The translations under genes were made by a program, and so were the position numbers. From assembly GCA_965203175.1 (NCBI GenBank), contig OZ241867.1, positions 5,664,001 through 5,728,000 on the forward strand: a stretch of 64,000 bases of DNA, written 5' to 3'. Below the pieces are notes generated by a model, which ran no database searches, had not been told where the DNA came from, and was given only the letters and a program-made list of their open reading frames with translations. The DNA comes from Candidatus Latescibacterota bacterium (GTDB lineage: Bacteria; Latescibacterota; UBA2968; UBA8231). This document shows positions 10,502 to 19,258 of this stretch, one piece after another. Within the stretch, counting starts at the first letter, position 1, and each line of letters begins with the position of its first letter.

Positions 10502-11352
10502 CCCCCGAACAGCGCTACTTCTTCGACCTGACCGGCTACCTTCACCTCCAAGGCGTGGTGCAAGGCGCGGAATTAAAAGCAGCCCAAGACGCGGCCCAGC
10601 GCTACATTGACACGCCGCCGGAGGAGGTGCCCGCCGGCCTCGAAATCAATCTCGAGCGCGAGCACTTCAACTGGTATATCAATGCCTTCGCCTTCGACAA
10701 GCCCCTCGAAGCGCTGACCCTCCACTCCAAAACCTGGCCCATCCTCAAGGAGTTGACCGACGATCGGCCGCGCCTGACCAGCGGCAACCTGATGGTCGAT
10801 GTCCACGGCAAGCCCTTCCATCCCCTGCACGGTGGCGTCCCCGGGTCACCGGCCCGCAATCCAGAGCAGGGACGCTACAGCACAATCGGCGGCAAAGTCC
10901 AGTGCAATGACCTAGTCTTCTTCTTCTACCTGACCGACGTCTATCCCGGCGACGGCGGGCTTATCATTCTCCCCTGCAGCCACAAGAGCCACTTCGACTA
11001 TCCGCGGTCGCTTTTCTATCCCGACAGCTATACGGCAGATGGATACAACGACGAGTACTTCAGCACCGAAGTGCCCGAGGGAGTGCTCAATGTAACGCCC
11101 AAGGCCGGCGATGTGGTCATCATCTCCGAATTGGTCACCCACGGCGCGCTCTCTTGGGTGCCCAAAGACCGCGACCGCCGCTTTCTCACTCTGCGCTACA
11201 TGCAGCAGCACGAAAGCGTGCGCGGCGGTCTAGACCGTTTCTCCCCAGAGGTCAAGGCTCGACTTTCGCCGGAAACCTTGGAACTGGCCGCACCCGCTGC
11301 CTTTACCCACACCAAGGAAATCGTCGAACAAGAAGTCGTCACCCTGAGCTGA
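10498..11352 (+). CDS. PhyH family Fe(II)/2OG enzyme, close paralog of 8184-9041
   Basis: Start at ATG 10498 (ATGA overlap), MTPEQRYFFDLTGYLHL identical to the paralog; PLHGG, VTHGA, RRFLTLRY. Confidence 0.85.
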   Translation: MTPEQRYFFDLTGYLHLQGVVQGAELKAAQDAAQRYIDTPPEEVPAGLEINLEREHFNWYINAFAFDKPLEALTLHSKTWPILKELTDDRPRLTSGNLMVDVHGKPFHPLHGGVPGSPARNPEQGRYSTIGGKVQCNDLVFFFYLTDVYPGDGGLIILPCSHKSHFDYPRSLFYPDSYTADGYNDEYFSTEVPEGVLNVTPKAGDVVIISELVTHGALSWVPKDRDRRFLTLRYMQQHESVRGGLDRFSPEVKARLSPETLELAAPAAFTHTKEIVEQEVVTLS

Positions 11353-11355
11353 CAC

Positions 11356-12021
11356 TCAGTCGATCTCTTCCAGAGCAATGGCCCGAGTCCAACTAGCCGT
11401 GACCCGCTGCATCTTGAGCGGCAGGGCGATGAAAAAGACGCGGTCCTTTGTCAGTTGCTCCAATCCCAAGAGGGCGTCCACCATGGGAATACCCTCTTCC
11501 AGCAGTCGGCGCTCGGCATCGATGTGGGCATTGGGCACAGTGGATGGACCGTAGTACAAATTGCCGCCCGAGGCCAGCAACTTGATCCGCGTTTCAATAA
11601 AGAAATCCAGCACTTCGGCTTCGAAGTAGGGTAGCTCGCCGCTGTGTTCGGGGTTGGTGCGCACCAGCACAATATCGCCGCTTTTCACTCCTGCACGGCG
11701 AAATTCGTCGGCACTGATTCCCTCTCCTGACCCCTTGTGCGAAAAATCGCAGACCACGGCCTCGCCAATGTAGGACGCCAGCGGCATGCCGGCCATGTCC
11801 GGCCCTTCATCTAGGTATTTGTAGGCCCCTTCGCAGTGCGTGCCATTGTGCGTCTGGCTCTGAATGAAGTGCATCCGGGCCCCATAGGCCATAAACTCCT
11901 GCACCTCCACCGAGCGGCCGTAGAAAGGCTCGCCGTGCAGGTAGTGCCCGTCGATTTTCTTCTCTCCGGGAACCATCTCGTGCGATAGGTCGACAATGCG
12001 GTACTTGCTCAGATCAATCAT
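11356..12021 (-). CDS. Cyclase family (kynurenine formamidase-like) metallohydrolase
   Basis: IVDLSH, HNGTHCE (variant of HxGTHxD), GEAVVCD, GDIVLVRT, FIALPLK...RAIA. Confidence 0.8.
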   Translation of the reverse strand: MIDLSKYRIVDLSHEMVPGEKKIDGHYLHGEPFYGRSVEVQEFMAYGARMHFIQSQTHNGTHCEGAYKYLDEGPDMAGMPLASYIGEAVVCDFSHKGSGEGISADEFRRAGVKSGDIVLVRTNPEHSGELPYFEAEVLDFFIETRIKLLASGGNLYYGPSTVPNAHIDAERRLLEEGIPMVDALLGLEQLTKDRVFFIALPLKMQRVTASWTRAIALEEID

Positions 12022-12123
12022 TTTTTTCCCCTCAATAGAAGTGAATACAGACAGGCGCTGGATACTTCCAAATAGCGTATGGGAGTTTCCTATAGAAGTC
12101 AGTGACCGAGGCGGATTACTGCT

Positions 12124-12629
12124 CTAGTTGATTCTCTTGAGCACCTCTCGACACAGATCGGCTGAAATCCAGATATCATCGTGAGTAATGATGGTCTCCA
12201 TAAAAGCATTGACTTCAGCAGAGGAAATCAAGTTTTCTCGATAGGCTTGAACAAGCAAGCCTAATGTGCCTTTGACAGTCAAACCGAGCCTTTTTGCCTC
12301 TTCTCTCGCCTTCAGGTCATCGAGTAGTATTAGGCTACCCGATTCTTGCATACTGAGATAAATGGCTTCTTTTTCACCTGTATCCAGAGACAGTGAAGCG
12401 ATCTCAAATGGAAAATCATCCGGGGCTATTTCCTCAACGATGAGTTGCTTTTGACGGATTGCTATTTCGGCCCTCTTTGCATCGATGTGCCCTTGCCTTC
12501 CTCCCTCGATGACGACCTCTCGGTGAACATTTGTAGGATGCTTACCTGACCGAATAGCCGAAAAAGAATATCCAAAGCACCGATTTTACCTAGTGCCATT
12601 AGAGGGCCGGAATTACAAAAGACCTTCAC
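12124..12629 (-). pseudogene. PIN-domain (DUF3368/VapC-like) toxin, frameshifted
   Basis: GTG at 12629 overlaps the antitoxin stop; MKVFCNSGPLMALGKIG...QVSI then a 1-nt loss near 12536; the other frame continues TNVHREVV...LDTGEKEAI...LLDDLKAREEAKRLGL.VKGTLGLL. Confidence 0.85.
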
Positions 12630-12889
12630 GCCAGTTCTTCTTGAATCTGGGTCTCACTCCAACGAGGTTGGATTCCAAAGGCCCGGGCCTGTTGCACTAC
12701 TTCCTGTTCTGTCAGACCGGCAATTTCCGCTGCCCGGCCAATCGATATAAGTCCCCGCTTATAGAGCAATAGGGCTTCCTGAATTTTGACCTGAGATAAC
12801 CCTAGCAACAATAGATCGCCTAGACGATCTTTGTAGGCTTCCAACTCTGCCATTTTATGGTCGGGAATTTCGACCGTCGTTTTTGCCAT
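12626..12889 (-). CDS. UPF0175 family putative antitoxin (HTH)
   Basis: LYKRGLISIGRAAEIAGL motif; directly upstream of the PIN gene; AGGAG SD. Confidence 0.8.
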   Translation of the reverse strand: MAKTTVEIPDHKMAELEAYKDRLGDLLLLGLSQVKIQEALLLYKRGLISIGRAAEIAGLTEQEVVQQARAFGIQPRWSETQIQEELA

Positions 12890-12975
12890 TAATAAGCTCC
12901 TTTCGGTCGTAAATCAATTAACTTGGCCATTGTTGTTTTGGGCTCTTTGTCAATTCGCTTTGATGGCTCGGGTCG

Positions 12976-14043
12976 TCAAAGCAAGTTACCAAATATCTGC
13001 TTTTCTTCAAGAAAATGTAAAAAATCGGGTATCTCCTTGTTCCCGTTTCTGAACAGTTTGACCGGTGCCATTCTCTCCGCTCCCATATATGCTTTCCCGA
13101 CTACGATCACACCGGAGATACGATGCAGAGCGGGTATGAAACTCGCACGGTCCGCAGCATCAGGATTGCCTGTCAAAGCACGTTTAATATCACTGCAATC
13201 ATCTTCCCAAGTGAACTCAGAGTGGCAGTTATTAACAGCTATGATAAAAGGATGCCCTAGGTCTATTCCACTCCAATGTTTGGCTTTGGCTTTGACGGAC
13301 TTCAAGAGCGGTCCATAACCGTCCATGCCCCCGCTCCGCCATGGTCCATGTATATGTCCTTCGCACTGTAGGAAAGGTAGCTTCAGAGTTCCCTTGAGAG
13401 TCCAATCTCCCACCTTGATCTCTGTTTCGCATTTTTCTTCAAATAAAATGTATTCAGGATAGAACCATGGTAACTTGCTATTTTTCTCGAACTCTTCCCG
13501 AGTAAAACGAGCCAGAAGTTCCTCAAATGGGCTAATTATCTCGGATTTCCTCAGATATTTTTTTAGTTGTCCCTCCGCCTTTAGCCAGATGTCCAGATGG
13601 GGATTAGGCAGTCCCTTTTTCAGTTTTGTGATTGCATCATGCTCTTGGTCAGTATCAGAGAAGTCCCCTTGGCCGAATCCACACACAGTAGCTTCTATGA
13701 AACACGATTGGCGGTCATTTTGAACGCGAAAATCGATTTTCTTTTTCGTTCTGGGCAAATCGCCCTCTATCTCGACGTCTAGGCCCAACCGTATCAGCAT
13801 TCGGTAGAGCTGCATCTCAAAGGCCGCGGCTTGAAACTCAGCGGAATCCTTGCTGCGAAGGCGTCCACGGAACGTCTCGCAATGCTCGATGGGAAGGTCT
13901 TGAAATAGCTCCTCTATCCATTCCCGATATTCAACAAATCCCGGCTCGCACTGTCGTTGAAAGAACTCAAAGGTCGTCTCGCCGGTACGGACCAGATCAG
14001 CGTCCAACGCATCGGTTTTGACAGTGAATAATGGTTTTTTCAT
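12976..14043 (-). CDS. Hypothetical protein with restriction-endonuclease-like PD-(D/E)xK signature
   Basis: AAAFE...EIE...KKIDFRV....CFIEAT pattern; AT-rich islet. Confidence 0.5.
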   Translation of the reverse strand: MKKPLFTVKTDALDADLVRTGETTFEFFQRQCEPGFVEYREWIEELFQDLPIEHCETFRGRLRSKDSAEFQAAAFEMQLYRMLIRLGLDVEIEGDLPRTKKKIDFRVQNDRQSCFIEATVCGFGQGDFSDTDQEHDAITKLKKGLPNPHLDIWLKAEGQLKKYLRKSEIISPFEELLARFTREEFEKNSKLPWFYPEYILFEEKCETEIKVGDWTLKGTLKLPFLQCEGHIHGPWRSGGMDGYGPLLKSVKAKAKHWSGIDLGHPFIIAVNNCHSEFTWEDDCSDIKRALTGNPDAADRASFIPALHRISGVIVVGKAYMGAERMAPVKLFRNGNKEIPDFLHFLEEKQIFGNLL

Positions 14044-14047
14044 TCGG

Positions 14048-14431
14048 TTATATGGCTAATTCTTTAATGAGATCCTTCATCGGTATGATCAAGTGTCGAT
14101 GAAGAGCCTTGGCTACATCTAACCTCAGCGGCTGCTTGCTCGACAAAATATCGTCGATATTGGCATCCACTATGCCGCTCTGAGCCAGTAACGATTCCAC
14201 ATCCTTTGAGGTCAGCCCTGCTTGGTCCATAGAGAACTCAATAGCGGCAAGCGGATCTACATCACCCATCGGATGACACTCACGCTCATAGGCTTCTACC
14301 AGCAAGGATAAGGCTTTTAATTCATCTCCCTGCGGAGTGCCTGTGGGCGATCCCCACAGTTCATCAATGCGGGCCATAGCCCGTGCGTGATCAGCTTCAG
14401 TGCGAATAGGCTCTAAGCAGCGCATGGTCAT
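14048..14431 (-). CDS. higA: HigA-type antitoxin / HTH transcriptional regulator
   Basis: PIRTEADH..A.ARIDELW...GTPQGDEL..L.LLVEAYE..CHP...DPLAAIEF.MDQ.GLT. Confidence 0.85.
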   Translation of the reverse strand: MTMRCLEPIRTEADHARAMARIDELWGSPTGTPQGDELKALSLLVEAYERECHPMGDVDPLAAIEFSMDQAGLTSKDVESLLAQSGIVDANIDDILSSKQPLRLDVAKALHRHLIIPMKDLIKELAI

Positions 14432-14500
14432 GCCTTCGCATCGGAGAGCTTATTGTACTCTGCATGGGGAATCTCCACTAGGCTTAAATCGAAGTCCAAT
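14428..14500 (-). pseudogene. higB: C-terminal remnant of a HigB toxin
   Basis: Frame reads ..LDFDLSLVEIPHAEYNKLSDAKA* (HigB typically ends in THAEYDK) and its TGA overlaps the higA ATG (ATGA); no room for a full gene. Confidence 0.6.
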
Positions 14501-14534
14501 TTACAGGAGTGAATGTAATACAGTTCGGGAAGGT

Positions 14535-15089
14535 TCAATCTATTTCAATGACTTCGTCCGATAGTTTTTCGGCCAACTCAGTCGACGGAATAATATCGAC
14601 CACGTCCATCATCTCTCTGGTTAATGGACTTTTTAGAAAACCTCTCAAATTGTCTGTCAAGTTATCCATCAGTATAACAGAGTCCAAGGAAGCCGTGCTA
14701 GTCGTTACGAGCCAGAACTGAAATTCATTCTCTGGTAAAAACTCTTTCACCTCGTCCTCCGAACAAGACAGGCGACACAGAACCAACATCGACCCATAAA
14801 GTTTGAGCCGGTGCTCTTTAAGAACTTCGTCGTAAAGCAAGTCAACTTGGTCGGCGGCGTCGAGGTAATCATACCTTTCTTTGAAGTCAATTATAGTGCG
14901 CTCTAAGTCGGTTTCCTCTATAAAAACAACGCTTTGGTTATCCTTGCTGACCGTTACATAGTCACAGCACTCGCATGTTCCAAGTCCGGCGGCGCTGCGC
15001 ATGTTGGATCCTTTCTTCGTGCTATCCATCCGATACGCTTTGACGCCGCCGGCAGACTCTATTGGCTCGGCGAATTGGGATAAGGGCAT
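14535..15089 (-). CDS. Hypothetical acidic protein, possible PD-(D/E)xK-like nuclease partner of the upstream ATPase
   Basis: 184 aa, 1 nt after the ATPase stop; CCDYV....VVFIEET pattern. Confidence 0.5.
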   Translation of the reverse strand: MPLSQFAEPIESAGGVKAYRMDSTKKGSNMRSAAGLGTCECCDYVTVSKDNQSVVFIEETDLERTIIDFKERYDYLDAADQVDLLYDEVLKEHRLKLYGSMLVLCRLSCSEDEVKEFLPENEFQFWLVTTSTASLDSVILMDNLTDNLRGFLKSPLTREMMDVVDIIPSTELAEKLSDEVIEID

Positions 15090-15090
15090 T

Positions 15091-16461
15091 CTATAGCCCT
15101 TTGATGTAGAGATCAGAGAAAGGCTTAGTCAACGACTGTTTGACCTCTGCCATCACCGCGTCCATGTCGCCATTCCATTCGGCATCCGGTGGAAACTTAT
15201 TCAATCTGACGAGCTCCCGGTCTTCTGGTTTTTCCTTTACATGCACCTCAAGCCACTTGAGGATCGTCATGCTATGGGTAGAGACCACCACATTGACTCC
15301 TTGACGGGCCAATTCAAAGAGAAACGCCGCCATTTCAACTTGCCAAGCCGGATGGAGATTCGATTCGGGTTCATCAACAAAAAGAAAAGAGTCTTGGTCT
15401 AAGGCCCCTCGCTCAATTAGCAAGGCCAGCATTCCCATATTTGCAACCCCCGCTGACGTGAGAGAGAGCGGAATTGACTTGCCTTTTTGTTGAAATTCAA
15501 GATCGCCCTCTTCACTCAACGAAATTTTCCCGCCAATCGCATCGTGCAGACTTTTGTGGATTTCGGCAAAAGGATGTTCTATGCGCTTCCTTCTGAGGGC
15601 AACAGCCATGTCGTAGAAGTAGTCTGGGACTCCGTTCAAAGAAGTCTCGAAAAGGGAACGTGGGTCGAGCTTAATCGACTCCAAAGCACTTTTCAGTTTC
15701 CAATAAAGCGGAGATTCTAAATAGAATACGCTAGGGAACGATAGCACGTTCTGAATGACTTGCGGACTAGGAGTGAACTTGGAAACCTTGTCTGTATCCA
15801 GTAATTCGCCCACTCCTTCAACGCTGAAATACAAGGGGGAATCGCCGTCCCCTTTGAGATTTGAAAAACTAGCCTCTTGAAAATTTCTGCTCACGTTCTG
15901 AGAATACCCGAAGTCCCATCCTGCACTAATCGCCGATTCCACGTTCCTGAAATGACGTTCCAAATCGTTTATAAATGCTTCAAGAGAGCCATGAATCGTA
16001 TCAATAAAGTCAATGGGGTCATCTTCCCTTGTTTTGTCAACATGGTCTTTAAGGATTCGGGAATGCCCTCTTATCGTCTCAATCTCAGCCATTAATTTGG
16101 GTTGCACTTCCTTGAGCTTGTCGAGTTCATTTTGAATCGGCTGACTTGGGAACGCCTCCTGTAGGATAGAGTCGATCTTGTAGATTCCCTTTCTGATTTC
16201 GGCCAGTGAGCGTTTTTCTGGGACGCTTAGTAAATGATCTCTCTGATCGAAATGGTGCAAATGTACTCCGATGAGGCGGGCCATTGCATGAAAAAACACT
16301 CGCGCATGATTCTCGTTCCTCGCCCTAAGAATCGAATACAGCATCTTCGCCACGAACGTCTTGCCCGTATTATTCGGCCCGGCGAATACCGTAAACTGAC
16401 CAACTTGGATAGTCGCCTCGTCGATTGGTCCAAAATTCTCAATTTTCAACTCAAGGTCCAT
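15091..16461 (-). CDS. ABC/AAA_15-AAA_21-type soluble ATPase (defence-associated class)
   Basis: LKIENFGPI, Walker A GPNNTGKT, helical insert, signature-like SAG, Walker B/D-loop FVDEPESNLHP, H-loop STHS; ATG at 16461. Confidence 0.85.
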   Translation of the reverse strand: MDLELKIENFGPIDEATIQVGQFTVFAGPNNTGKTFVAKMLYSILRARNENHARVFFHAMARLIGVHLHHFDQRDHLLSVPEKRSLAEIRKGIYKIDSILQEAFPSQPIQNELDKLKEVQPKLMAEIETIRGHSRILKDHVDKTREDDPIDFIDTIHGSLEAFINDLERHFRNVESAISAGWDFGYSQNVSRNFQEASFSNLKGDGDSPLYFSVEGVGELLDTDKVSKFTPSPQVIQNVLSFPSVFYLESPLYWKLKSALESIKLDPRSLFETSLNGVPDYFYDMAVALRRKRIEHPFAEIHKSLHDAIGGKISLSEEGDLEFQQKGKSIPLSLTSAGVANMGMLALLIERGALDQDSFLFVDEPESNLHPAWQVEMAAFLFELARQGVNVVVSTHSMTILKWLEVHVKEKPEDRELVRLNKFPPDAEWNGDMDAVMAEVKQSLTKPFSDLYIKGL

Positions 16462-16499
16462 AAGTCTCTTCCTTGAGATTCTCCATAGGTTTCCCAAGC

Positions 16500-16585
16500 G
16501 GCAACTAAAGACTTGGGCTATATCGTACCTCAGCGGCGGCTTGCCCGATAGAATATCGTCGATATTGGCATTCCTCGCATCGGAT
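16500..16585 (-). pseudogene. Degenerate second higBA fragment (repeat of ~14108-14168 and ~14436-14445)
   Basis: ggctatatcgtacctcagcggcggcttgcccgatagaatatcgtcgatattggcat vs ggctacatctaacctcagcggctgcttgctcgacaaaatatcgtcgatattggcat; translates NANIDDILSGKPPLRYDIA vs HigA DANIDDILSSKQPLRLDVA. Confidence 0.75.
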
Positions 16586-16609
16586 TAGTACGCCACCGCT
16601 ATGTAAAAG

Positions 16610-17770
16610 CTACTCGTAAACCATCTCCCCGGTCTTATGCTCCTCGATCCAATCCCAGTCCACCTCCACACCCAGCCCCGGCCCCTCCGGCACTTCCACG
16701 CAACCATTCTCATCCACTGAATCCAACTCGTCGAGCCAGCGCCTCTCGCTGTAGACCGCCGGCTTGGTATCGTTGACCAGAGGATGCACCAAGCCCAACT
16801 CGTAATAATTGGCATTGCGCAAGGTCGCCATGATGTGGCGGTGCGCCAGACTGCCGCCGTGCAACTCCACGTCCAGCCCGTGCGACTCGGCCATAGCGGC
16901 GATCTTCATCACCCCGGTAATGCCGCCATCGGCGCTGCTATTGGCGCGCACGAAGTCGGTAGCACCGGCGGTAATCGTATCGGCCTTGGCCTCCAGCCCG
17001 CGCACGTGTTCGCCCATCAGCATCGGCGTCTTGATCAGCTCGCGCAACTTGACGTGGGCAAAGCGCGAAAACCCGCCGCCCCTGAACGGATCTTCATACC
17101 ACATATAACGCGCCTCGTCGCAGGCGCGACCCACCTTGAGCACATCCTCGAATGTGGGAAAACACCCGGCCGGATCGAGTAACAGATCCATATCGTCGCC
17201 CACCGCTTCGCGAATGGCTAATACTGCCGCCACCTCGCGGTCGATCGGCCCGTTGACCCAGCCGTGGATCTTAAACGCCGGATAGCCGTATTGCTCCTTG
17301 CAGCGCAACGCAAACTGCGCGAAGTCGTCCGGCGTCGTCAAACCGCCGTTTTCGTCGCCGTGGTAGGTCGAAGCGTAGGCCGGCAACTTCTTGCGCCAAC
17401 CCCCGCCCAAAAGCTCGTAAATCGGCGCGTCGTAGAGCTTGCCAGCAAAATCCCATAGCGCGGTGTCCACCGCGCCCGGTGGCGTGCCGTCCTGGCCGCG
17501 CCGCGAGCGCTTGAGATCGTGCCAGATGATCTCGCGGTCCAGCGGGTTGCGGCCGAGCAAGTACTGCGCCGTGCGGGCGTCGATGCCGTTGGGCGCGATG
17601 CCGCTGATCCCGGCGCTGGTCTCGATGGTCAGGAAGCCGCCACTCTGAGACAGACGGCCTCCTTTTCTATAGACCGTGTCAAAGCCCAATTGCTCCTCCA
17701 ACTCCATATCGGCGATCTCGTAGTCAAAATGCGTCGTAGTGATGCGGGTGATCTTGATATCTCGTGCCAT
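16610..17770 (-). CDS. Mandelate racemase/muconate lactonizing enzyme family (enolase superfamily)
   Basis: DTALWDFAGK...PIYELLGG, FKIHG, LLD, YEDP, MGEH, GGITG, ELHG, PGLGVE. Confidence 0.9.
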   Translation of the reverse strand: MARDIKITRITTTHFDYEIADMELEEQLGFDTVYRKGGRLSQSGGFLTIETSAGISGIAPNGIDARTAQYLLGRNPLDREIIWHDLKRSRRGQDGTPPGAVDTALWDFAGKLYDAPIYELLGGGWRKKLPAYASTYHGDENGGLTTPDDFAQFALRCKEQYGYPAFKIHGWVNGPIDREVAAVLAIREAVGDDMDLLLDPAGCFPTFEDVLKVGRACDEARYMWYEDPFRGGGFSRFAHVKLRELIKTPMLMGEHVRGLEAKADTITAGATDFVRANSSADGGITGVMKIAAMAESHGLDVELHGGSLAHRHIMATLRNANYYELGLVHPLVNDTKPAVYSERRWLDELDSVDENGCVEVPEGPGLGVEVDWDWIEEHKTGEMVYE

Positions 17771-17808
17771 CGCCAGCTCCTCTATTTTTGTGAAATCTCG
17801 TCTCAGTC

Positions 17809-19257
17809 CTAATCTTCATCTGCCGCCAGCGGCCCCACCGCACCCAAACGCAGCGCGGGATAGAGCGTTTCAAAAAGCGGCGTGTCGCCCGTATCGCGGG
17901 CATAGCGCCAATAGAGCCGCGTCATTTTTTTGACCTGCTCGTCATAGGCGGGTTCCTGCGCCAGGTTCTTCATTTCATAGGGGTCTTCGTCTAGCTGGTA
18001 CAACTCGTCAAAATCAAAGCCGTTAAACACAAACTTCCACGGGCCGTCCCACACCACCCGCTGCGTCAACCGGTGGCGGTTGCCAAAGTATTCGGCATAA
18101 CCTCGGGTCCATTCGTCGGCGACATGAGCCGGTTCGCGCGACAGCTCCACAAAAGAGCGGGAGTCGGTCCCATCAATAGGCTCGCAGTCGGTCAGTTCCA
18201 ACAACGTCGGGCACAGATCGTGCAAGCCGACTCGACCCTGGCAAACAGCGTCCTTGGCAATCCCAGGCCCACGCACAATAAGCGGCACCTGATACACTTC
18301 TTCGAACGCGGAAATATCCTTGAAGAACAGCCCGTGCGCACCCAATAAATCCCCGTGGTCGGCGCACATTACAACGATCGTGTCGTCGAGTTTGCCCATC
18401 CCTTCGAGAAAGTCGATCACCCGCCCGAATTGGGCATCTATTTCGCTAATCGACGCGAAATAACACGCCCGCGCTGTATGCTTGTGCTCTTCGTTGAGCT
18501 GACTCCAAATGCCCTGCGCCCGCCGATAAAGCCCCGGCCGGTCCGCCAGATCATCATCGGCATTGGGCGGCGGTGGCAGCGCTTGCTCTGCATAGCGGTC
18601 GTAGAATTCGCGACTGGCTATAAAGGGATCGTGCGGCTCCTCAAAGCTGACAAAAGCACACCACGGAGCGTCGCCTTGTACCACTTCCTCCAGATAGCGC
18701 AGCGCCAGCGTCGTCGTCAGCCCCATGCTGCGCTCTTCGGCAGGCCGGTCGGTCACCCCGTAGAACAGATGGGGGCCATAGCCGTGCGGCGCTTCGAGGT
18801 AATGCGCTGGATCGCACTCCGGCCGCAGCGGCTTACCTCCCAGCACCTCGGCGACCAACTCATTGTGGAGCGCACCGCCTCTGACTCCGTTGACCTGCCA
18901 GCCGAAACGGCCCGGCGCATTATCGCGCTCGATGTGCCACTTGCCGAAATACCCCGTGCGATAGCCAGCGTCCACCATGCGCTCGGCCCAATGCACTTTA
19001 TCAGTGCGCAGCGCATGTAAATCCGGCACCTTGGGATAGAGCACCTCCAAGACCCCGTGGTTGTGCGGCATCAGCCCGGTCATCAGACTCGCCCGGGTCG
19101 GCGAGCAAATATTATTGGGCGTATAGGCGCGGGTAAAACGCACGCCCTCCCCGGCCAGCCGATCCAAATAAGGAGTTTGACAGACGTGATCTGGATCGAG
19201 CACGCGAGCCTGCATCTGGTCGGCCATCAAAAAAAGAATATTGGGTCTATTGCTCAC
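17809..19257 (-). CDS. Sulfatase (formylglycine-dependent, S1)
   Basis: RPNILFLMADQ, CSPTRASLMTG, GKWH, PHDP, ADHG. Confidence 0.92.
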   Translation of the reverse strand: MSNRPNILFLMADQMQARVLDPDHVCQTPYLDRLAGEGVRFTRAYTPNNICSPTRASLMTGLMPHNHGVLEVLYPKVPDLHALRTDKVHWAERMVDAGYRTGYFGKWHIERDNAPGRFGWQVNGVRGGALHNELVAEVLGGKPLRPECDPAHYLEAPHGYGPHLFYGVTDRPAEERSMGLTTTLALRYLEEVVQGDAPWCAFVSFEEPHDPFIASREFYDRYAEQALPPPPNADDDLADRPGLYRRAQGIWSQLNEEHKHTARACYFASISEIDAQFGRVIDFLEGMGKLDDTIVVMCADHGDLLGAHGLFFKDISAFEEVYQVPLIVRGPGIAKDAVCQGRVGLHDLCPTLLELTDCEPIDGTDSRSFVELSREPAHVADEWTRGYAEYFGNRHRLTQRVVWDGPWKFVFNGFDFDELYQLDEDPYEMKNLAQEPAYDEQVKKMTRLYWRYARDTGDTPLFETLYPALRLGAVGPLAADED

Positions 19258-19258
19258 G

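Noticed and set aside
8184-11352. PhyH duplicate pair or LRR repeats as a diversity-generating retroelement template/variable pair
   Set aside because: No reverse transcriptase in the window; differences are not adenine-specific; both copies are full genes
12525-12545. Programmed ribosomal frameshifting at the PIN gene break (and at 4954)
   Set aside because: No slippery heptamer or evident stimulatory structure; simple indels explain both
12925-12953. Perfect TTGACA on the minus strand upstream of the UPF0175 antitoxin
   Set aside because: No acceptable -10 hexamer at 16-18 nt spacing
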